From an uncultured Methanosarcinales archaeon (lineage in GTDB: Archaea > Nanobdellota > Nanobdellia > Woesearchaeales > GW2011-AR9), in assembly GCA_964344235.1 (NCBI GenBank), contig CAYFMJ010000003.1, positions 1 to 64,000 of the forward strand: a DNA stretch of 64,000 bases, given 5' to 3'. Shown here one piece after another: positions 37,852 through 49,015 of the stretch (position 1 is the first letter of the stretch; every line of letters starts with the position of its first letter). The notes beneath the pieces were generated by a model. That model saw only the letters and a list, made by a program, of their open reading frames with translations. It was not told the DNA's origin and searched no databases. Made by a program: the position numbers and the translations under genes.

Positions 37852-39090
37852 CTAAATAAATAACAATCCAATTCCAGCTGCAATTAGTAGAGCAAAGGCA
37901 CCTACAACGTATTTCCGGAATTGTGGTGTGCCAAACCAGAAGGCGATGCCGCCTTTCACTGCTACGTTTGTTAGGGTTGCTATGATAATTCCATTACGAG
38001 CTGTTTCTACTGAGATAGATGTCTTTGCTAATTGTGCTAGTGATAACGTAATTGCATCAACGTCAGCAAAGCCGGAAATGAAACTGGCGATGTAGATTCC
38101 TCTTGAGGAGAAGTAGACTTCTGCGATCTTTACTAATGCCAAAATAACAGCGAAGAATATTCCAAATGTTAACGCTGGTTTGATGGTAAATGGGGATTTG
38201 AGTGTAATTTTCTTTTTGGTTTTAGACGCTCCTCTCCAGAGAAGATAGGCAAAGAGAATCGTTAAACCAGCAAGGGAAAGCATGGGAATTAAGAGAGGTC
38301 GTAAGAGTGCTCTATTCACAACAAGCACTTCAAATAATATTCTAATAAACATTATACCGTTGGCTAAGATAACTCCAAGTGCTAATGCTTTGGCTAGTTT
38401 CTTGTTACTGTTACTTCGTTGTGCAAAACTAATAGTGGTAGCAGTGCTGCTTGCCAATCCTCCAAGAATTCCAGTTAATGGAATCCCACGTTGACCGAAC
38501 CATTTCATTAAGATGTATCCCGCAAAACTAATTCCTGAAATGAAAACGACCATGAGCCAGATAATGAATGGATTAAAAATACCATGTGGCCCATACGCTT
38601 GGTTTGGCAGTAATGGTAAGATCAAAAAAGCGATCACTGCAAATTTTAATGTGTCTGCTAACTCTTGCTTTTTCATTTTCTCTGCAAAACGATGTAAAAT
38701 AGAGCGAGAGTAGAGGAGAATCGTCATCACGATAGCAATGGTGATTGCAAGGATAAGTTCGTTGTGAAAGGCGAGAATTCCTAAGAAATAGGTAACAAAA
38801 CCAGCAACTTCTGACGTCGCACCGGTATCTCTATGTGATTGGTTTTTTACAAAATACGCCACTATAATGAGGATGCCGATTAAAGCGGAAGTTGTGATAA
38901 GTATCCAAATATTAATTGTTTCACCAAAGAATGCTGCTAATGATCCGAGAAGGGCAATGAGAGGAAATGTTCTAATCCCTGCGTAATCGTGTCCTCTCTT
39001 TTTGTAGCGGGCGTATTCCCTCTCTAAGCCAACAAGTGCACCGAGGGCTAGCGCAATGATAAATGGTTGTAAGATTGAGAATGTTACCAT
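37852..39090 (-). CDS. MgtC/SapB plus DUF4010 membrane protein
   Basis: LVGLERE, AGIRTFPL, GGLASSTATT, ADVDAIT. Confidence 0.9.
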   Translation of the reverse strand: MVTFSILQPFIIALALGALVGLEREYARYKKRGHDYAGIRTFPLIALLGSLAAFFGETINIWILITTSALIGILIIVAYFVKNQSHRDTGATSEVAGFVTYFLGILAFHNELILAITIAIVMTILLYSRSILHRFAEKMKKQELADTLKFAVIAFLILPLLPNQAYGPHGIFNPFIIWLMVVFISGISFAGYILMKWFGQRGIPLTGILGGLASSTATTISFAQRSNSNKKLAKALALGVILANGIMFIRILFEVLVVNRALLRPLLIPMLSLAGLTILFAYLLWRGASKTKKKITLKSPFTIKPALTFGIFFAVILALVKIAEVYFSSRGIYIASFISGFADVDAITLSLAQLAKTSISVETARNGIIIATLTNVAVKGGIAFWFGTPQFRKYVVGAFALLIAAGIGLLFI

Positions 39091-39218
39091 AGTACCTCTT
39101 TTTTCTAGAAAAGTATTTTGTGGTTAATAAATGTTTTTAGTGTTGGATTTTCAAAATTTTCTTTAAACTGTAGAAAGAAATGTTTATAGAAAAGAACTTA
39201 AAGTAATGAGGATATAAA

Positions 39219-40526
39219 ATGGTAATGAAAGAATATGATGTTGTAATTGTTGGGGGAGGAGTTACGGGAACTGCTATCTTGTATACTCTCAGTCATTTTA
39301 CCAATGTTGGAAGAGTTGCATTAGTTGAGAAGTATGGGAAAATAGCTGCAGTCCAGAGTTCGAAGAATAATAATTCTCAGACTCTACACTTTGGCGATAT
39401 TGAGACGAATTATACTGTTGCAAAAGCTGAGAAAGTAAAAGCGGGAGCGGAGTTGGTAGCGGCGTTTGTGGAGCAAAATAAACGAAACAATTTATTTCAG
39501 AAGTTTCAGAAGATGGTGCTTGCTGTTGGTTCTAATGAGGTAAAGAGGTTAGAAGAACGGTATGAAGATTTTAAAGAATTATTTCCACGGTTACGGAAAG
39601 TCTATCGGGAAGAATTGAAAAAGTTAGAACCGAAGATTGTGGAGGGAAGAGATGAAAATGTAGAGTTAATGGCGTTGTATACGGACGAGGGGTATGCTGT
39701 TGATTATGGAATGTTGTCTGAGATTTTTGTCGAGAAAGCAAAGAGAGATAATTATGATGTGTTTTTGAACTCTCCCGTGACAAAAATTACTCCAGTGGAC
39801 GGAAAATATATTGTCACGACAAATAAAACAGAGTTTAAAGCAAAAGTCGTGATGATTGCTGCATCTGCTAGTAGTCTTACGTTTGCTCACAAGTTAGGGT
39901 ATGGCAAAGAGTTTATTCTTCTTCCAGTTGCAGGAGATTTCTTTTGTTCAAAGAAGAAACTTAATGGGAAAGTGTACATGATGCAGAAGCCGAAATTACC
40001 GTTTGCTGCAATTCATGGTGACCCTGCTGTGGATAATGTTAATATTACACGATTTGGGCCAATTGCGAAAGTGTTACCGATCTTAGAGAAACGTAATGTA
40101 CGATCATTTTTTGATTTCGTGAAATTATTTCGATTTAAGTGGAGTGCAATTATGAGTATTTTGAATATTTTGAAAGATCCAATTTATTATCGCTTTGTGT
40201 TTTGGAATGTGTTGTATGGGATTCCCTATTTTGGTAAGTTTTTCTTTGTGAAAGAAGTACGAAAGATCACCCCATCAATGAAACCACAGGAATTACATTA
40301 CGGCAGAGCTATTGGTGGTATTCGGCCCCAGGTAGTTGATACGAAGACGAAGAAAGTGGCGTTAGGGGAAGCAAAAATTATGGGAGACAACATAATTTTT
40401 AACATTACACCATCTCCTGGTGCGTCAACATGTTTACAGAATGCAGTGGTTGATGTGAAAAGAATTGTTGGTTTTCTGGGGAAAGAATTTAATGAAGAGA
40501 GAATGCGGAAAGAGTTGCAGCGTTAA
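39219..40526 (+). CDS. mqo: FAD-dependent oxidoreductase, Helicobacter-type malate:quinone oxidoreductase
   Basis: GGGVTG, NNSQTLHFGDIETNYT, PFAAIHGDP, TPSPGASTCL. Confidence 0.75.
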   Translation: MVMKEYDVVIVGGGVTGTAILYTLSHFTNVGRVALVEKYGKIAAVQSSKNNNSQTLHFGDIETNYTVAKAEKVKAGAELVAAFVEQNKRNNLFQKFQKMVLAVGSNEVKRLEERYEDFKELFPRLRKVYREELKKLEPKIVEGRDENVELMALYTDEGYAVDYGMLSEIFVEKAKRDNYDVFLNSPVTKITPVDGKYIVTTNKTEFKAKVVMIAASASSLTFAHKLGYGKEFILLPVAGDFFCSKKKLNGKVYMMQKPKLPFAAIHGDPAVDNVNITRFGPIAKVLPILEKRNVRSFFDFVKLFRFKWSAIMSILNILKDPIYYRFVFWNVLYGIPYFGKFFFVKEVRKITPSMKPQELHYGRAIGGIRPQVVDTKTKKVALGEAKIMGDNIIFNITPSPGASTCLQNAVVDVKRIVGFLGKEFNEERMRKELQR

Positions 40527-41362
40527 CGATGCTGTATTAAACCATACTTTTCACCCAAGCGAGCAGCAATGAGGTTTGCTCCTGCGAGGTTAACAACACC
40601 GGCAACTAATTGTGAACTCGGAACTGTATCAACCCTTTCTGATCGAAGAAAGTCTTTCGATAATGCGTACAGTGCTACTTCTGCTGGTTGCCGTGCGGAA
40701 GGAAAGACTAGTCCTAACCTTAGCTCTCTACCACCATGCACATGGGTATAGGCAATCATAATAGCATCCCGGCCAGAGTGCTGTGGAATAACTGTTAGAT
40801 TCCTTTCAAGTGCTGTCCTAGTTTCTTCTAGGTGTTGCTCTGTAAGTGCAAGTGAACTGAAATCTCTCATAGACCCATGTTCTGGGGAAGTTCTTATTAG
40901 ACTATCGTAAAAAGCAGCAGTGCTGTTATAACTCAAGTATGCCAAAGAAGCTTCACGACGGACGTCTGCGCAATCTATTTCATCAAGAGGATTTGAACGG
41001 TCAAGATATTCAAAACCATCGTCTCGAGTGACAATAGTAACTTCTGTGTCTGATCCTTCTAATTGGGGTAATAGTTCCATTAACTCTACACAACGACGGG
41101 AACCATTATCGTCCAAATCGTGCCGTGACAATTCTTGCCCAGTTATATGGTGGCGTAAGTATTGTAATCGATCAGAAAGGGGAAGTGCTTCATAGCGTGC
41201 GACTTCCGCTTCTAATTCTGCCGTAAATAATTGTTCATCTGTTGGAGTGGTTGGTTTTGGCACAGTGGCACATGCTTCTACTACTGCAGCTAAGCCGCCG
41301 AAAGCTGTCACTACAGCACCAGCACCAAGCCTTCGTAACGCATCTCGTCTTGCGAATGTCAT
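40523..41362 (-). CDS. Tat-signal lipoprotein
   Basis: ARRDALRR twin-Arg motif and VEAC lipobox. Confidence 0.7.
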   Translation of the reverse strand: MTFARRDALRRLGAGAVVTAFGGLAAVVEACATVPKPTTPTDEQLFTAELEAEVARYEALPLSDRLQYLRHHITGQELSRHDLDDNGSRRCVELMELLPQLEGSDTEVTIVTRDDGFEYLDRSNPLDEIDCADVRREASLAYLSYNSTAAFYDSLIRTSPEHGSMRDFSSLALTEQHLEETRTALERNLTVIPQHSGRDAIMIAYTHVHGGRELRLGLVFPSARQPAEVALYALSKDFLRSERVDTVPSSQLVAGVVNLAGANLIAARLGEKYGLIQHR

Positions 41363-41422
41363 CTTAGTCTCATACCAGCGTATATTTTAAAAAACTTTCC
41401 GAGAAGAATCACTGAAGGGGAA

Positions 41423-43909
41423 CTAACCCCATTCATCTAAGCCTTTTTGTTCTTGTAATTTCTTCGCTTTTATTTTACGCATCATGTCATCATCTTTTTC
41501 TAAAATAGATTGCACTTCTTTTGCTCTTAGAACAACAGAAGCAGGTAAACCAGCTAATTCCGCAACATGAATCCCATAACTTTGATCCGTCCCGCCAGGA
41601 ATTAATTTACGTAAGAAGATAATCTCTCCTCCCACATCTTTCACAGCGATGTTATAGTTTTTGATGTTAGAGAATTTTTCTTCTAACTTATTCATGACAT
41701 GGTAATGTGTCGCGAATAACGTTTTTGCTTTAATGTGGTTGTAAATATGTTCGGCAACACTCCATGCTATGGAAACGCCATCAAATGTTGAGGTCCCTCT
41801 ACCAATTTCGTCTAAGATAAGTAGACTTCGTTCTGTTGCGTTGTGTAAGATATTAGCGGTTTCACTCATCTCTACCATGAACGTTGATTGACCGGCGCTA
41901 AGATCATCACTTGCACCAACTCGTGTGAAGATTCGATCGGTAATGCCAAGTGTGCATTCATCGGCAGGAACGAAGCAGCCAATTTGTGCAAGTAGAACAA
42001 TAAGTGCAGTTTGTCGCATGACTGTTGACTTCCCTGCCATATTCGGTCCAGTAATGATCATCATCTCGCCGTGGTTGAGAATAATATCATTAGCAATGAA
42101 GCGTTGTTCGATTTTCTCTACAACAGGATGTCTACCGTTTGTGATGTGCAAAACATTTTGTTCCGTAAATTGTGGTTTAACGTAATTATTTTCCATAGAT
42201 ACTTTAGAGAATGAGGAAAGTACATCAAGTACTGCAATTTTTCTTGCTGTGGATTGAATTGTTTTGGTCTCCTTGGCTATTGTAACAAGAATCCCTTGAA
42301 AGAGGTTGTATTCTAATTCGTTGATTTTTTCCTGTGCTCCTAAAATTTTTTCTTCTTCGATTTTAAGCTCTTCAGTGATGTACCGTTCAGCATTTGCTGT
42401 TGTTTGTTTACGGATGTACGTTCCGGGAACGAGGTGGATATTTTTCTTAGTCACCTCAATAAAATAGCCGAAGACTTTATTGTATTTTATTTTAAGAGAA
42501 CTAATACCTGTTTTCTGCATTTCCTGCTGTTCTAATTGTTGTAAGAATGTTTTACTGTTGGTTTTGATGTTATGTAATTCTGCTAACTCTTCGTTGTAGG
42601 ACGGTTTGATGATATTACCTTCACGAATGGTAATAGAGGGTTCTTCTTTGATAGATTTGTGGAGAAGTGTTGTTAGTTCTGTCAAAGGGTTGATAGTGTT
42701 TATTTTTTGTAGTAGTGGAGTTTGAAATGTTGCGAGTTTTTCTTGTAAATGTGGAATAGTTTGTAATGATTGTTTTAATGCCAGAAGATCTTTAGGATTC
42801 GCAGTGCCTACATTAACTTTACCAATTAATCGCTCTAAATCATAGACACTTTTGAGGAGTGTGATGATTTCCTCTCGTTGAATAACATGTTGATTGAGTT
42901 CTTCCACTGCACTTAAGCGATGTTGAATACGTTCTGCTTGGAGAAGAGGTTGTTTTATCCATTGTTTTAATAATCTTGAACCCATTGGTGTGGTAGTTTT
43001 GTCAATGATGGAGAGAAGTGTTCCTCTACTAGAATTGTCTTTGAGGTTTTTGATTAATTCTAAATTTCTAAACGTAGAAGAGTCGAGGAGCATGGTATTA
43101 GTGCTTTGTAAAGAAATGCGTTTGATGTGGGATAAAGCGTTTCGTTGCGTTTCTAAGAGGTATTGTAAGAGTGCACCTGAGGAGGAGATCAGTAACGGTT
43201 CCTCTAAGCCGAATTGTGTTAATGAGGAGATATTGAAATGGTTTTGGATAGTAGTAGTGGCGTTATCTTGCTTAAAGTAATAATCATCAAATGTATTGAG
43301 AAAACAACTGGTAGCAGTGATTTTTTCTGTAAGTTCTTTGTTTACTTGTAATGTTGTTGGAATAATACATTCCTTTGGTTGGTATTTGGTGATGTAACTG
43401 ATAACGGTGGGAAGAGAAGAAGTGAGAGTTGTAAAGAATTCTCCTGTTGAAAGGTCGCAAAACGCTAAAGCATAATGATCTGCTTTAGCTGTGATTGTAA
43501 GGATGTAATTATTTTCTGTTTCATCTAACATGGACGATTCCATGATGGTTCCTGGAGTGACAATTCGTGTGAGGCCTCTTTTTACGAGTCCTTTTGCTTG
43601 CTTAGGATCTTCCAGTTGTTCGATAATCGCTACTTTGTAGCCTTTCTTTACCAGTCTGCCAAGATAATTGTCAAGAGCATGATAGGGAATGCCTGCTAAT
43701 GGAGCGCGTTTTTCTCCTTTCCCTCGTGCGGTAAGCGTGATTTCTAATTCTTTTGCTGTTATGATGGCATCCTCATAGAATAATTCATAGAAATCCCCCA
43801 TGCGCATCATGATAATGCAGTCAGGGTTTGCTTTTTTTGCATCTTGATACTGCCGCATCCCGGGGGTTAGTTTAGAAGTAGGGATAGTAAGGATTGAGAC
43901 GGGTTCCAT
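41423..43909 (-). CDS. mutS: DNA mismatch repair protein MutS1
   Basis: MGDFYELF, GPNMAGKST, STFMVEM, DEIGRGT, FATHYH. Confidence 0.95.
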   Translation of the reverse strand: MEPVSILTIPTSKLTPGMRQYQDAKKANPDCIIMMRMGDFYELFYEDAIITAKELEITLTARGKGEKRAPLAGIPYHALDNYLGRLVKKGYKVAIIEQLEDPKQAKGLVKRGLTRIVTPGTIMESSMLDETENNYILTITAKADHYALAFCDLSTGEFFTTLTSSLPTVISYITKYQPKECIIPTTLQVNKELTEKITATSCFLNTFDDYYFKQDNATTTIQNHFNISSLTQFGLEEPLLISSSGALLQYLLETQRNALSHIKRISLQSTNTMLLDSSTFRNLELIKNLKDNSSRGTLLSIIDKTTTPMGSRLLKQWIKQPLLQAERIQHRLSAVEELNQHVIQREEIITLLKSVYDLERLIGKVNVGTANPKDLLALKQSLQTIPHLQEKLATFQTPLLQKINTINPLTELTTLLHKSIKEEPSITIREGNIIKPSYNEELAELHNIKTNSKTFLQQLEQQEMQKTGISSLKIKYNKVFGYFIEVTKKNIHLVPGTYIRKQTTANAERYITEELKIEEEKILGAQEKINELEYNLFQGILVTIAKETKTIQSTARKIAVLDVLSSFSKVSMENNYVKPQFTEQNVLHITNGRHPVVEKIEQRFIANDIILNHGEMMIITGPNMAGKSTVMRQTALIVLLAQIGCFVPADECTLGITDRIFTRVGASDDLSAGQSTFMVEMSETANILHNATERSLLILDEIGRGTSTFDGVSIAWSVAEHIYNHIKAKTLFATHYHVMNKLEEKFSNIKNYNIAVKDVGGEIIFLRKLIPGGTDQSYGIHVAELAGLPASVVLRAKEVQSILEKDDDMMRKIKAKKLQEQKGLDEWG

Positions 43910-43952
43910 AGAGGATTTTTAGGAGAAATCATGTTTAAAAAGATTGTTGTGG

Positions 43953-45159
43953 TTAAGTGGTAATGGGTGAGGATCTTCCAATTGATTTATAGCAATCTGC
44001 AATAACACTTTTAACTCGGTCTTTCGTTGCTTCTGTTGTAAGATGGTTATTCGAGAACACATCGTAGAGAGACTCTAGAGCTCGAAGTCTTCTTTCAGTC
44101 CTTGGGAAAAGTTTACGTCTCCCTCTATTCTGCTCTTTTATTTCCCAAGCTCTAAATTCCAGCTGCATGGCTAAATCCGATTCCCCTTTGTAAGGGTAGC
44201 GCTGCATAACCGGGAGGCGAACCTGATGTCCAGTGCCATTTGTTTTACCACGATATAACGAGTGAGTGTATACTCCACTATTTTTCTTTCTTGAATGTAA
44301 TCCAATTTTCCAATGGCCCTGATCTTTTCCAAATACCCTACGTTCAGGCACGCCAATTGTTCTAGCTAGTTGGCCTAACTCAAAATCTCGTGGGATAACT
44401 CTACCAATTTCAAGTTTCTCAGCCATATACATTGCTGCAGCTAAAGCAAAGTAGGGAAGGTGGATTCGACTCGGATTAACAATTTTTTCCATATGTTCAT
44501 CGTAACCACGCCAATGTTTAAGATCTCTGAAGAAGTCATAACCACATTCAATTGCATCAATGAATAAAACAGGTGATTGTTCACGATCCATACAAACAAA
44601 AGCTCGCATAAAGACAGAGAATTTTGCAGGAGGGACCTTAGGAACTGTTTTATCAAGTCCTAAGATATAAATTGAGCCACCCATCTGAGCATCATGAAGG
44701 ATTTTCATTCGTCCCCAAGTTGTTGACCTCAGATGATTATCGAGTGTTTCACAACTAGAGGCATGGGAAAGGTATGTGAGAAAAAAACTCCTCTTTCTAA
44801 GTCATAAGGATTCATAAATGAAAAGGCCAGATTAGCAGAGTCTAGAGGGTGATCAAAAACTGCAGTTAAGTCGTCACTATCTGCAAAGGTTTGGAATTTC
44901 TTCTCCAATATAGGGATTTTGTCTCTTTCAGTCTTATTAGGATCGGCCGTAACTCCTTTCTGGAAAATTCTATATCTTTCTATTAAGGGCCAGACAGTTA
45001 GCATGGCAAGATGTTTTTGGAGTTCTTCAAGGGTATGGAAATCGGAGAACCCTCTACTCTAGCGGCCATAGTTCTTACTGTTTCCGGATGAGCTAAAAGG
45101 TTTCTTTGACCATAGTAGCTTATCATCTCCTCCAATGGAGGGATATCTTTGCGTGCCAT
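43953..45159 (-). pseudogene. about 402-aa hypothetical gene broken by two frameshifts
   Basis: three ORFs join if one base is added at G3 45031-45033 and at A7 44781-44787. Confidence 0.65.
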
Positions 45160-45241
45160 AGCGGTGATTTGAGAAGCGCTTTTATAAAATTTCCTACTGT
45201 TTAGAGACAAATTTATATAGAGAGAGGTGTAATGAAGCGAG

Positions 45242-46456
45242 ATGGCACAATTATCATTTGAGACTCTTAGGTTTAGAGAGAAAGAAGATGTTATTCAGGT
45301 AGATCTTCTTACATCATGGATGTGTGAAATTCCAAAAGAAGAAGTTGCTGCGATTGCAGAGTTCGAAATTGTTGATGCGTCTACGATCTCTTTTGCGATG
45401 GAAGAGGAGAAAGCACGCGTGAAGTTTGGTTTTTTATTACAAAAATATTTTGATAAGAATTTAGTAACAAAGATTACTGGAAATCCATGTACCTATATCC
45501 ACCGTAATTCTGACATTCCATTAATTGGCCATGTGGCGTTTGGGATTGTTTATAGAGGAAGTTCAATTATTGAAATTAAAACAAACAATGGTTGTAACTT
45601 AGATTGTGTCTATTGTTCCATTTCGGAAGGACTATCAAGTAAGAAGCATGATTTTGTGATTGAGAAAGATTATTTAATTGAGGAGTTAGAGAAGTTGATG
45701 GAGTATATTGGTGAAAGTGTTGAAGTTCATATCGGTGTGCAGGGAGAACCGTTTCTGTATGGGGATATGGAGAATCTGATTATTGATTTACAAGATATGG
45801 AGAACGTGCATACGATTTCTATTGATACAAATGGTTCATTGTTGAATAAAGAAAGGATCGATAGGTTGAGTGGGTGTAGGAAATTGCAGTTTAATTTATC
45901 GTTAGATGCAATTGACTCTGAAGTAGCCCGGAAAGTAGCGGGAACGAAAGTGTATAACGTTGAACATGTAAAAAAGATGATTGCCTATGCTTCGGAGAAG
46001 TGTACTGTTATAGTAGCACCGGTGTTAACACAGGGATATAATGAGGAAGAAGTGGAGAAAATAGTAGCGTGGGTAGCTTCGTTAGAGCACAAACCAATTT
46101 TAGGGATTCAGAATTTTTTACGATACAAGACAGGGAGGAATCCAGCGAAGGAGATGAAGTGGGATGATTTTTATGCATTGTTGGATAGATTAGAGAAAAA
46201 GTATGGCATCAAATTACGGCTGCGGAAAGAAGATTTTAACATTCGTAAAACTAAACCGTTAGAGAAACCGTTTGAGGTAGGAGATGAGGTTGCAGCAGTG
46301 ATGAAATGTCCTGACCGGTTTAAAGATTCGGTGATTGCAGTTGCTCAAGGGAGAATTATCTCTGTTCCTGGTGTAAAGTTTGTTGCTGAAAAAAAGATAC
46401 AAGTGAAGATAACAAGAGACAAACATAATATTTTTACTGGAAAGGTTGTTTATTAG
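45242..46456 (+). CDS. radical SAM protein with C-terminal TRAM-like domain
   Basis: CNLDCVYC, GVQGEP, ITRDKHNIF. Confidence 0.9.
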   Translation: MAQLSFETLRFREKEDVIQVDLLTSWMCEIPKEEVAAIAEFEIVDASTISFAMEEEKARVKFGFLLQKYFDKNLVTKITGNPCTYIHRNSDIPLIGHVAFGIVYRGSSIIEIKTNNGCNLDCVYCSISEGLSSKKHDFVIEKDYLIEELEKLMEYIGESVEVHIGVQGEPFLYGDMENLIIDLQDMENVHTISIDTNGSLLNKERIDRLSGCRKLQFNLSLDAIDSEVARKVAGTKVYNVEHVKKMIAYASEKCTVIVAPVLTQGYNEEEVEKIVAWVASLEHKPILGIQNFLRYKTGRNPAKEMKWDDFYALLDRLEKKYGIKLRLRKEDFNIRKTKPLEKPFEVGDEVAAVMKCPDRFKDSVIAVAQGRIISVPGVKFVAEKKIQVKITRDKHNIFTGKVVY

Positions 46457-47138
46457 AGAGGTTCATGGAACGTAAACCGTCAAGGGCACGTTCAAATTTG
46501 TTAAAGAGGAAAGGCATCAATTTCTGTTCTGCTTTTCGAAGATGCATCTGATAGGTTGAGAAAGAAACGTCCATTAACTTGGCTAATTCATTTAACGTAA
46601 TGTGGCGAGGATATTCATAATAACCGTGTTCAATCGCTAGAAAAACCGCACGCCGTTGTTGCGGTGAGAGTTTGGGGTTGATGCCTATAAACAAAAAGTC
46701 GTCAATTGGAACGTCACGTACTTTAAGCAGTTTCCCAGCGAAATTTCCAAGCATAAATTTACTTGTTGCTAGAATGTTATCTTTATTCCAGCTGCCTAAT
46801 GACCAGAATTCTTGCCCATTGGAGCGAATTTCAACAGGCCTGAGACAGAATATTTCAGGATTATATACGGCACTTGCTGCTTTGGACTCTTTTATTTGCA
46901 AGACAAGAAAGTTGTTATGAAGCTCTGCTTTTATTACTCGTTCATGATTGAGGAGGTTTTTATGGAATACGTCGCGTTCTTTCTCAGAACCACAGACGAA
47001 GCCTATAAAATGGACTAGGATAAAGTTATGAAAATGGTGATAAGAGGTTGGATAGGCAATAAACGTAACATTTGCCGCTTTGGTCATACTTCCTAGAAGC
47101 CCCGGTGTACCGTCTATCTCAAACTCAGAAACCCACAT
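46434..47138 (-). CDS. HTH_10 (bacterio-opsin activator type) regulator
   Basis: LSPQQRRAVFLAIEHGYYEYPR, HLRKAE. Confidence 0.88.
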   Translation of the reverse strand: MWVSEFEIDGTPGLLGSMTKAANVTFIAYPTSYHHFHNFILVHFIGFVCGSEKERDVFHKNLLNHERVIKAELHNNFLVLQIKESKAASAVYNPEIFCLRPVEIRSNGQEFWSLGSWNKDNILATSKFMLGNFAGKLLKVRDVPIDDFLFIGINPKLSPQQRRAVFLAIEHGYYEYPRHITLNELAKLMDVSFSTYQMHLRKAEQKLMPFLFNKFERALDGLRSMNLSNKQPFQ

Positions 47139-47247
47139 AAAATATCTCCAATATTGTTCATTTTATACTTAGAAACGCTCCAGTAATAAAAATTTACTCC
47201 GATATATATCTGTGAAAGCTTTAATATGCCTATTAGAATAGCTATTT

Positions 47248-47808
47248 TTGATGAGTTCTCCAATAATAATTGAGGTGCAAAAAGACCCAGCTGTGCGGGA
47301 GGTTGTGGAAAGTGGAACGTTAGATGATGTGTTAGAGGGTTATGAGAAGAAAGGGACTAGGTATGTTGATTCTGTTACGTATCTTGGCCAGGGAAGGGCT
47401 GAAGGACAGTTTACAGTTCATGGCCATTATCATTTTGATACAGAAGATCAGTTATATCATTTAACAGAGGCAGACGTTGTGGTGTTATTTAACCAGTTTG
47501 GATACGCTGTGATGGCTCATTTGCTTCGGACAGGGAGAATTCCGCAAGTTGATCTTGCAACATTTACAAATTTTAAAGATGATTTTAGAGATATAGAATT
47601 GAGGTCGTCCCCGATTAGAAGCAGTGGATATGACTATCCTAGGGGAATTGATTTGGCTGCAGATCCAACATTTCCAGGAAAGTTGTACATAAAACAGTTA
47701 TCATATTTACAAAGACCAGATGATGTCTCGTTGCATACAGAGATGGTGCTTGATTTAGCCGATGGTGCAATTCATGGAGAAAGAGACTGGCGTTTTTATT
47801 TGAAGTGA
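47248..47808 (+). CDS. hypothetical protein, possible hotdog (FcoT-like) fold
   Basis: HLTEADVVVLFNQFGY resembles the FcoT-like motif. Confidence 0.5.
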   Translation: MMSSPIIIEVQKDPAVREVVESGTLDDVLEGYEKKGTRYVDSVTYLGQGRAEGQFTVHGHYHFDTEDQLYHLTEADVVVLFNQFGYAVMAHLLRTGRIPQVDLATFTNFKDDFRDIELRSSPIRSSGYDYPRGIDLAADPTFPGKLYIKQLSYLQRPDDVSLHTEMVLDLADGAIHGERDWRFYLK

Positions 47809-47820
47809 TAGTGGTAGAGT

Positions 47821-47832
47821 AAAGTTTAAATA
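47821..47832 (+). promoter_or_regulatory. BRE/TATA box
   Basis: AAAGTTTAAATA about 23 nt before ATG 47855. Confidence 0.5.
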
Positions 47833-47854
47833 GTTTTTAGTAGATTCTTCTCTA

Positions 47855-49015
47855 ATGGAGCGGGGTGAACTAACGCAGAAGTATTTCTTTGAAGTGTATG
47901 GTGAAGATAGTAGAATCCCTATACGGTTCCACCATGGTCTAGACTCGGTTGTTTGGCATCCAGGAGATTATGAGGGAACTGAGGATGACAGACACAACCC
48001 CTGGAGTGATATTTATGAAGCGACGAATTTTGACGAGTTTGTGCACCTTGTGGTAGGTTCTTGGAATTTGCGTTCAGCATCAAGCATGACTGCGGTTCAT
48101 ACTCCAGACCAAGTAACTAATATGGGACCATTTGCAGAATTGTTGCATAGTGAACCAGACTTAACTGATGTTGTAGCATACATTCTCAGGCATACCCCTG
48201 AGCCTTATGGTGTTAGGCAAAAAGCCACGGAGGCAGGAAAGAAACTGAATCCCTACAGGCCAGATACATTGATAGAGCGTTTAACGGAGGTTGATGAGCA
48301 TGCCGCAGAATTATTTATTGAGGCGCTAAAGCGGCCAACACCAGACTATTTTGAAGCAGATGACAGGGCGATCTTTGATCCGCATTACAGAGAATGTGGG
48401 AGGATGTATGTTCCAGACAGAGATGGTGCTCACTTGGACATGATGTTTGGAAAGAGGGCCATCAGAACAGTGAAAGGGTTCCCACGTGACTTGTCAGTTG
48501 ATTATGTTGAATTACCTTCTATTGCAGTGAAGAATCAAACAGGTTTTCGAGACACAGTGTTCCGTGTAGTAACCAAATTCCCTGGCCAATATACCATTCA
48601 AGTTCGGTTTCGAGAGACAAGTCATAAAGGAGGCACACACTATGGGGAGGGAAGAATTGAGCTGCTTTATGAGGAGAGAGTAAGCCCCCTTGTAAATCTA
48701 CCCATGCGTGGCATGGCTCTTGATGATGACGAAGCGATCAGTGACCAAATGCAAGATACTGCCGGTTATTTTTTAAGAGAGCTAGAAAAAGATGCGAGAA
48801 TTATAGTAAACGATGTGAGCTGCAAAACTACTGACAATGGAGCTATTGCTACTTTTGAAGTTAGAAAAAGAAGTGATGAGAAAGCCCAGGCAGAAACATA
48901 CCCTTCTGCAGCACAATGCCGAAGAGATTTAGTTGAAGAAGCAACAGGATATTTCCCTGGATTAAAAGATCGACCAGATGTGGCACTTGCTGCGCTAAAT
49001 GGGGAGCCATTATAA
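47855..49015 (+). CDS. hypothetical protein
   Basis: 386-aa ORF. Confidence 0.7.
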   Translation: MERGELTQKYFFEVYGEDSRIPIRFHHGLDSVVWHPGDYEGTEDDRHNPWSDIYEATNFDEFVHLVVGSWNLRSASSMTAVHTPDQVTNMGPFAELLHSEPDLTDVVAYILRHTPEPYGVRQKATEAGKKLNPYRPDTLIERLTEVDEHAAELFIEALKRPTPDYFEADDRAIFDPHYRECGRMYVPDRDGAHLDMMFGKRAIRTVKGFPRDLSVDYVELPSIAVKNQTGFRDTVFRVVTKFPGQYTIQVRFRETSHKGGTHYGEGRIELLYEERVSPLVNLPMRGMALDDDEAISDQMQDTAGYFLRELEKDARIIVNDVSCKTTDNGAIATFEVRKRSDEKAQAETYPSAAQCRRDLVEEATGYFPGLKDRPDVALAALNGEPL

